Below are positions 61,679-64,000 of a DNA stretch of 64,000 nucleotides, piece after piece. A program made the position numbers and the translations under genes. This stretch comes from an uncultured bacterium (GTDB taxonomy: Bacteria; Cyanobacteriota; Cyanobacteriia; Thermostichales; Thermostichaceae): NCBI GenBank assembly GCA_964443615.1, contig CAYUEE010000002.1:32076-96075 (forward strand), given 5' to 3'. Under the pieces are notes generated by a model. That model did not search any database. It saw nothing but the letters and a program-made list of their open reading frames with translations, and was not told the DNA's origin. Numbering within the stretch: position 1 is the first letter of the stretch; every line of letters starts with the position of its first letter.

Positions 61679-62053
61679 ATGCAACCAAAGCCAGAGCTGA
61701 AGCGTGAACTCAAGAAGGAAATTCAGTCTATCTTGTATAAAAATGGGATACCCCACACAGGTTCAAAGGCCCTAAACTCCAGAATCAAAAAGGTTGTTGA
61801 TGACTACTACCGACTAATCGCCCAAGACAATTTATTTGTGTATGCTAGGGAGCAAGCTAAGGTTTTTGCAAACAGGTTAGTTGAGGAGGTTCAATTAGAT
61901 AGGGAAGCTTGGGATAGAGAGGAAGAAAGTCGAAACCGAGCATTGAAGTCCAGAAGGAAGCCCAAGTTTGAGTTGAGGCGATACGTGCAGAGGGCTTTGC
62001 AACGATGTGGGATCATTTTTTGGTGTGCACCGCCACCACCACCGCCCCTATAG
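61679..62053 (+). CDS. Hypothetical basic protein (124 aa) ending in a poly-proline tail
   Basis: ORF in an AT-richer island lacking GGATCC. Lys/Arg-rich and predicted helical, ending CAPPPPPPL. There is no convincing SD, and the start is uncertain (61601 or 61679). Confidence 0.4.
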   Translation: MQPKPELKRELKKEIQSILYKNGIPHTGSKALNSRIKKVVDDYYRLIAQDNLFVYAREQAKVFANRLVEEVQLDREAWDREEESRNRALKSRRKPKFELRRYVQRALQRCGIIFWCAPPPPPPL

Positions 62054-62169
62054 TTCGACTAGGATATTTCCGATCTGATAAAATGTTGATGAAAACCTCT
62101 ACATTCATCATTTTTTATGTTGCATTTGATTATCTGCGGAAGTGATAGGCAATTGCTGAGGAGAGGGTT

Positions 62170-62481
62170 ATGGATAGAGAGGAAAAAAGGTTCGATATTG
62201 CTATGGAGGCTGTGAAGCAGCAAATTGCTCTTGCCTCTGTGATCATTACTGTGTTGTCGGCTCTTCTTGTTAGCAAGGAGGCTACATTTCAGATCTCTGC
62301 ATCATTCTTTCTGTTCCTTGCCTGCATCTTGTCGGGAGTCGTTCTTCTGATGACGATACCGTATGTTCTCTACAGTAAAGATGACCCATTTGGCAGTACG
62401 AGTGTTCGAGTACTAGGTGCTGTACAGTCACTCCTCTTCTTTATTGGCATCACTGTTTTGGGATCTTCTCTACTTACTTGA
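62170..62481 (+). CDS. Hypothetical small membrane protein (103 aa, about 3 TM helices)
   Basis: Strong SD (GAGGAGAGGG) just upstream of the ATG. Located in the same AT-richer island. Confidence 0.55.
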   Translation: MDREEKRFDIAMEAVKQQIALASVIITVLSALLVSKEATFQISASFFLFLACILSGVVLLMTIPYVLYSKDDPFGSTSVRVLGAVQSLLFFIGITVLGSSLLT

Positions 62482-62617
62482 GTAGTCGATTAGCAATTTC
62501 TATGGCGTTGCTGGCAGCGAGCATCAGTGTAAACACCTCTCCGGTGAAGTCTGACTTGAGAGAACCTTTCTTGGTGCAAAGTCTGCCTAGACAGTTCTGA
62601 AGTCTTGCTTAGTTAGA

Positions 62618-63604
62618 TTAGCCTTGATTGGGGTGCAGATTGCGGTACATAGATGGACTCAAATCTTCATCCACACTCCGGGCGGCAATAGCTCCCTGGG
62701 CCACAGCTGTCGCTACACAAGGATCCCGAGGATTCGATACATCACCAGCCGCATAGATATGATGGATCGAGGTGCGTAAATATGGATCCGTGACGACATA
62801 CCCGCCGGCATCGAGCGCTAAGGATCCGACCCCACCGTCAGATAGCAGTTGAGACATCAATTCAGTATTAGGCGCGAAACCCAGACGGAAGCAGAGATAG
62901 TCCACTGTGATTTGTTGCAGAGTAGTGGCATCTTTGAAGGTGATTTGAATGCGGGATCCGTGGGGTTCGAAGCGGTGGAGGGTGGAGGGTTTATGCAGCG
63001 TGAGTTTTCCCGAGGCCGCCAGAGCTAGGACTGCTTTTTGATTGTGAGCAAACCCGCGTAATCTCGATCGGACAAAGAGATGAATATGGGCCGCTGTTTC
63101 CGCAAACATCATGGCGGTGCGTAACCCGTTGTCGCCTCCCCCCATAACTGCCATTACTTGCCCCGTCGGATCCGGGTTGTCACCGGGATTGAAAGAGACG
63201 TGATCGGAGGTTTGCAAGAAGTCACTCCCTTCAAGATGGGCAATCGCTTCAGGACCTTTGAATCGTTGGCCGGTCGCAATCACAATCGAATCGGCACTGA
63301 TATCCTGAGTGGCAGTCCACAGTTGAAAGGATCCGCTACCCACAATCCGCTTCACGGGCGAGTTCGTCAGGATCCGAATCTCTTCAGACTCGACATGACG
63401 GCGAAACCGTTGAGCCATATCTTGACCGGTTTGATCCTCCAGGCCCAGATACCATGTGTTCACAAAGGGGCTGAGATTCTGTAACCCACCGAGGCGCTCC
63501 TCCTGCTCTAGAACGATCGGATCCAAGGCCAACCGCTTCAGCCATAGAGCACAGGATAATCCCGCCGGTCCCCCTCCGATTACAGCTACCGTTTTGCCCA
63601 TCAA
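62618..63604 (-). CDS. FAD/NAD(P)-dependent oxidoreductase (thioredoxin-reductase-like fold, no CxxC redox motif seen)
   Basis: N-terminal VAVIGGGPAGLSCALW, a second dinucleotide motif VMGGGDNG, and C-terminal IYAAGDV. Confidence 0.88.
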   Translation of the reverse strand: MMGKTVAVIGGGPAGLSCALWLKRLALDPIVLEQEERLGGLQNLSPFVNTWYLGLEDQTGQDMAQRFRRHVESEEIRILTNSPVKRIVGSGSFQLWTATQDISADSIVIATGQRFKGPEAIAHLEGSDFLQTSDHVSFNPGDNPDPTGQVMAVMGGGDNGLRTAMMFAETAAHIHLFVRSRLRGFAHNQKAVLALAASGKLTLHKPSTLHRFEPHGSRIQITFKDATTLQQITVDYLCFRLGFAPNTELMSQLLSDGGVGSLALDAGGYVVTDPYLRTSIHHIYAAGDVSNPRDPCVATAVAQGAIAARSVDEDLSPSMYRNLHPNQG

Positions 63605-63703
63605 CTTGATTCACTGCCTCACGAGCTCTTCTCTTCAAGATAAACGCGTTCAGTCGCATTGATCTGAGCCGACGGATCCCTAAGCTGACGGTGACACCTC
63701 AGG

Positions 63704-63976
63704 CTAAGTGGATATATGAGTTCTGTTCGAGTCGCACAACGGCTCCTGAGTGTTACATATTGATCGCTCCGAGCAGCATGATGGATCCCCGCTGATGCCG
63801 ATTGATTCCTCTACGCGGCAGGACAGTTCCCCCCCTGGGGCCCCAACACTCCCAACGCCTACCAAATTGGATCCTGGCCTGACTGATTGAGGGTCTCCCG
63901 CGCCAGCAGGATGAAGAAGAGCGGCAAGACTCGTTACATTGAGAAAGATCCATCCCCAGCTGATGAATCGGGTCAT
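63704..63976 (-). CDS. Hypothetical Cys-rich small secreted protein (weak call)
   Basis: A 90-aa ORF with a possible signal peptide. No SD and no recognised family. Confidence 0.25.
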   Translation of the reverse strand: MTRFISWGWIFLNVTSLAALLHPAGAGDPQSVRPGSNLVGVGSVGAPGGELSCRVEESIGISGDPSCCSERSICNTQEPLCDSNRTHIST

Positions 63977-64000
63977 CCGTCTGCTCTTGACTGTACTAGC

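Noticed and set aside
1-64000. tRNA, rRNA, tmRNA, RNase P or SRP RNA genes
   Set aside because: I scanned the intergenic regions by eye for T-loop (GGTTCGAATCC-like) and other hallmark motifs and found none. This is a weak negative that a tRNAscan/Infernal run should confirm.

Overview
This is a chromosomal segment, most likely from a cyanobacterium. The evidence is an NDH-1 ndhG/ndhE pair, a Pil/Tax-type CheY-MCP-hybrid CheA module, a pentapeptide-repeat protein, mreBCD and several Pro/Thr-linker surface proteins.

I support about 55 protein-coding genes.
- Housekeeping: ndhG, ndhE, glsA, purC, mfd, a gyrA-type topoisomerase subunit, mreBCD, surE, proVWX, and a short-type isocitrate/isopropylmalate-family dehydrogenase.
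- Regulators and repair: a MerR/GyrI-like regulator, an Ada-like AraC-MGMT fusion, and an HTH-DUF4384 protein.
- Envelope and secreted proteins: GT2 plus a large membrane partner, two Pro/Thr-linker lipoproteins, and a beta-barrel-like protein.
- A block of uncharacterised genes at 57-63 kb.

I recognised no rRNA, tRNA, CRISPR array, integrase or intact transposase.

The most notable sequence-level observations are:
1. The palindrome GGATCC is very over-represented window-wide. Paired copies form hairpins at gene 3' ends.
2. Short AT-richer islands lack GGATCC and carry unknown genes (11.7-12.8 kb and 61.3-62.7 kb).
3. An exactly phased 21-bp degenerate tandem array of about 16 units lies upstream of mreB.
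4. A segmental duplication copies an ada 5' fragment plus the ada-to-dehydrogenase junction. It creates a small membrane ORF that reuses the dehydrogenase start.
5. A pentapeptide-repeat gene sits 6 nt downstream of the gyrA-type gene.
6. Many 13-21 bp tandem repeats occur in intergenic regions.

I could not identify a complete, convincingly novel multi-gene system. The best candidates are listed as hypotheses. All functional calls come from reading motifs in the translations, not from database searches.
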